Shown here one piece after another: positions 62,231-64,000 of a stretch of DNA of 64,000 bases. Under the pieces are notes generated by a model. That model searched no databases and was not told the DNA's origin. It saw nothing but the letters and a program-made list of their open reading frames with translations. The stretch is from assembly GCA_030704615.1 (NCBI GenBank), contig CM060734.1, positions 34,720,001 to 34,784,000 on the forward strand, written 5' to 3'. Both the position numbers and the translations under genes were made by a program. The DNA comes from Takakia lepidozioides. Its lineage: Eukaryota; Plantae; Bryophyta. Numbering within the stretch: the stretch's first letter is position 1; every line of letters begins with the position of its first letter.

Positions 62231-63205
62231 ATGGAGGATGCTTGTGAAAAGGGTGGAGCGGACTGGGTGGATTTTGTGCACCAAACAAGACTGAAGAAGG
62301 AGCGAAGGTACTGGTACTCACCAGACGAGTTTGATCATAAAATAGTGGAAGCATTTGTAGACCTCCGCGCCCGGAAGCCCAAAAACTCGAATTGGCAGAA
62401 GGACAAGCTCTTCTGTCCCTTCTGTGAAGAGGTTATCAAGGACAAAATCCAACTAAATCGGCATTGTGTTGACACGGGTTGCAAGGAGACTGTTGCAATG
62501 ATTCCACGGGATTTCAAGCCTTGGCCGATACTGAAAGAAATGTCGATTGTCAAAGAGGCCACAATGCGCTTGCGCGGATCAGTGCTTGACCCCCGCACTT
62601 TGGAATTAGACGAAGTGCGCGCACGGTATGGCGTCCATTCTGGTGGCCCGTCAATGGAGGATTTGCAAGTGCAGGGAACGCCGGACGCTCCCAGAAAACG
62701 TAAACTGAGTGATGGGGCCCAAAAACAAAAAAAACAAAAAAATGAGAAGGCTGCAAGGTCTGCTCGCGAGGCAAAGGCAAAATCCATGCAACAGACTGAA
62801 CCCCGTCCCGGGCGGCAGACCCACACCATCAGTATTGATACTGAAAGTGAATCTGCTCAGGGCCTGAAAGGGGTGACAAGTCCAGTGGACATTGACTTGC
62901 CTGACCAGACTCAGCAGCAGACTCACACAAATATCGCGACCCATGCCATCGGTTTAGGGTCAAAACCAAAAACTCAACAGAGCACTGAAGGGCCAGTCTG
63001 CCCTGGCACATTGCGCCTCGTTGACTTTGGGCTTTTCCCACCAGAGTGCCCACCAATTGGGGATCCAGACTTCTTCCGTTATTTCTACAGAGTTGCCCAG
63101 TCAGGTCTGCTACGCACATTCATCCGACAGGCGGAATGGAACTGGTTGAACAGCTTTGAAGATGAAGATGACGATGATGAAGTAGAGGAGGTAAGGTCAG
63201 TCTGA
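62231..63205 (+). CDS. Unknown 324-aa ORF with a CxxC...H...C cluster, basic NLS-like patch and acidic tail; probably transposon-associated
   Basis: FCPFCEEVIKDKIQLNRHCVDTGC, PRKRK...KKQK and DEDDDDEVEE; splice acceptor just before the ATG and a donor at 63191. Embedded in repeat-motif-rich, GC-elevated DNA. No family recognised. Confidence 0.45.
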   Translation: MEDACEKGGADWVDFVHQTRLKKERRYWYSPDEFDHKIVEAFVDLRARKPKNSNWQKDKLFCPFCEEVIKDKIQLNRHCVDTGCKETVAMIPRDFKPWPILKEMSIVKEATMRLRGSVLDPRTLELDEVRARYGVHSGGPSMEDLQVQGTPDAPRKRKLSDGAQKQKKQKNEKAARSAREAKAKSMQQTEPRPGRQTHTISIDTESESAQGLKGVTSPVDIDLPDQTQQQTHTNIATHAIGLGSKPKTQQSTEGPVCPGTLRLVDFGLFPPECPPIGDPDFFRYFYRVAQSGLLRTFIRQAEWNWLNSFEDEDDDDEVEEVRSV

Positions 63206-64000
63206 CCGCCCAGTCTGTTCTCTGTGCTGTTTGAGTCCATCATCGGGGTCACGTTGCCTATTCAGTCTGGTCAATCCGTTGCGTTCTCTCCTCAGTCCGC
63301 TGGCTCACTCCGCTCGTCAGTTAGTCTGTTTTATATCGCTGCATTACTTACTAAGTCCGTTTGTCAGTCCGCTGGTCCAGTCCACTGGTATAGTCTACTA
63401 GTTGCCTCCACCCTACGTACACATGTTACAGTCTGTTGGTCTGTGAGTCCAGTCCGCTGCATGAGGTGAATATAGAGTCCACGTCCATGTTCCTGACATC
63501 CAAGTTCTCTGCCATGTACCAGGATGAACGTGTTTCTATTCGTAGGGCCATTCAGGCTTGGCGGATACCTAGCAATGATGCTCCTTTGCAAGCGACTGCA
63601 GTGCGTGCGGAAGTGGACCGCGTGTGAGCGTACATATTATTGAAGTATCATGGGTCATCTGTTGCTATAGCGGCATTACATATTCAAGACGCGTCGGGGG
63701 GGAAAATGCGTCTGGGATAGCCGAGTCTGCCATCCAGTAGACTCCCATTCAGCAGCCTGTCATCCAGCAGACTCCCAACGAGCAGCATGTCATCCTGCAG
63801 ACTCCTCTCCAGGAGCCCATCATGCAGCCCATGCCGATGGGAAGTCTTGTCATCCGACAGACTGCGGACCAGCAGACTGTCTTTCTCTCACATAGCACGG
63901 CGCTTTTTGCAGTTTGGCGATCGCCATCACCGGTAATTCGACCCGGAGCTGAAGACCTCACACTTCCTTGACTTAGGGTGGGAGAAATTAATCCCCATTT

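Overview
Eukaryotic, intron-rich land-plant nuclear DNA. The very homogeneous PLS-class PPR array suggests a non-seed plant with heavy organellar RNA editing, but the species cannot be determined from this window. Apparently intact genes: the 3' part of a plastid YbaB/EbfC (STIC2-like) gene, an intronless DAD1-like phospholipase A1, a 12-exon monofunctional homoserine dehydrogenase-like gene, a 5-exon CYP72-clan P450, and a 23-motif PLS-PPR-E1-E2-DYW C-to-U editing factor. Decayed genes: an unprocessed MSH2 pseudogene, an Mpv17/PMP22 pseudogene, and CYP85-clan, DUF2921-like and PPR fragments. Mobile DNA: a full-length Ty1/copia (both LTRs, PBS, PPT, AGAAA TSD) nested in a non-autonomous hAT element, a Tourist MITE, two families of 5'-truncated LINEs, a tRNA-type SINE and a gypsy RT remnant. 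The most notable observation is that the PPR-DYW exon begins with, and is preceded by, spliced exons encoding up to three OSB-type PDF ssDNA-binding motifs, the last one intact and in frame. This predicts a PDF-PPR-DYW fusion (ssDNA-binding module + programmable array + cytidine deaminase). The locus is flanked by an inverted copy of its own DYW/3'UTR and by scrambled PPR mosaics. All exon boundaries and homologies were read by eye; no database searches were run.
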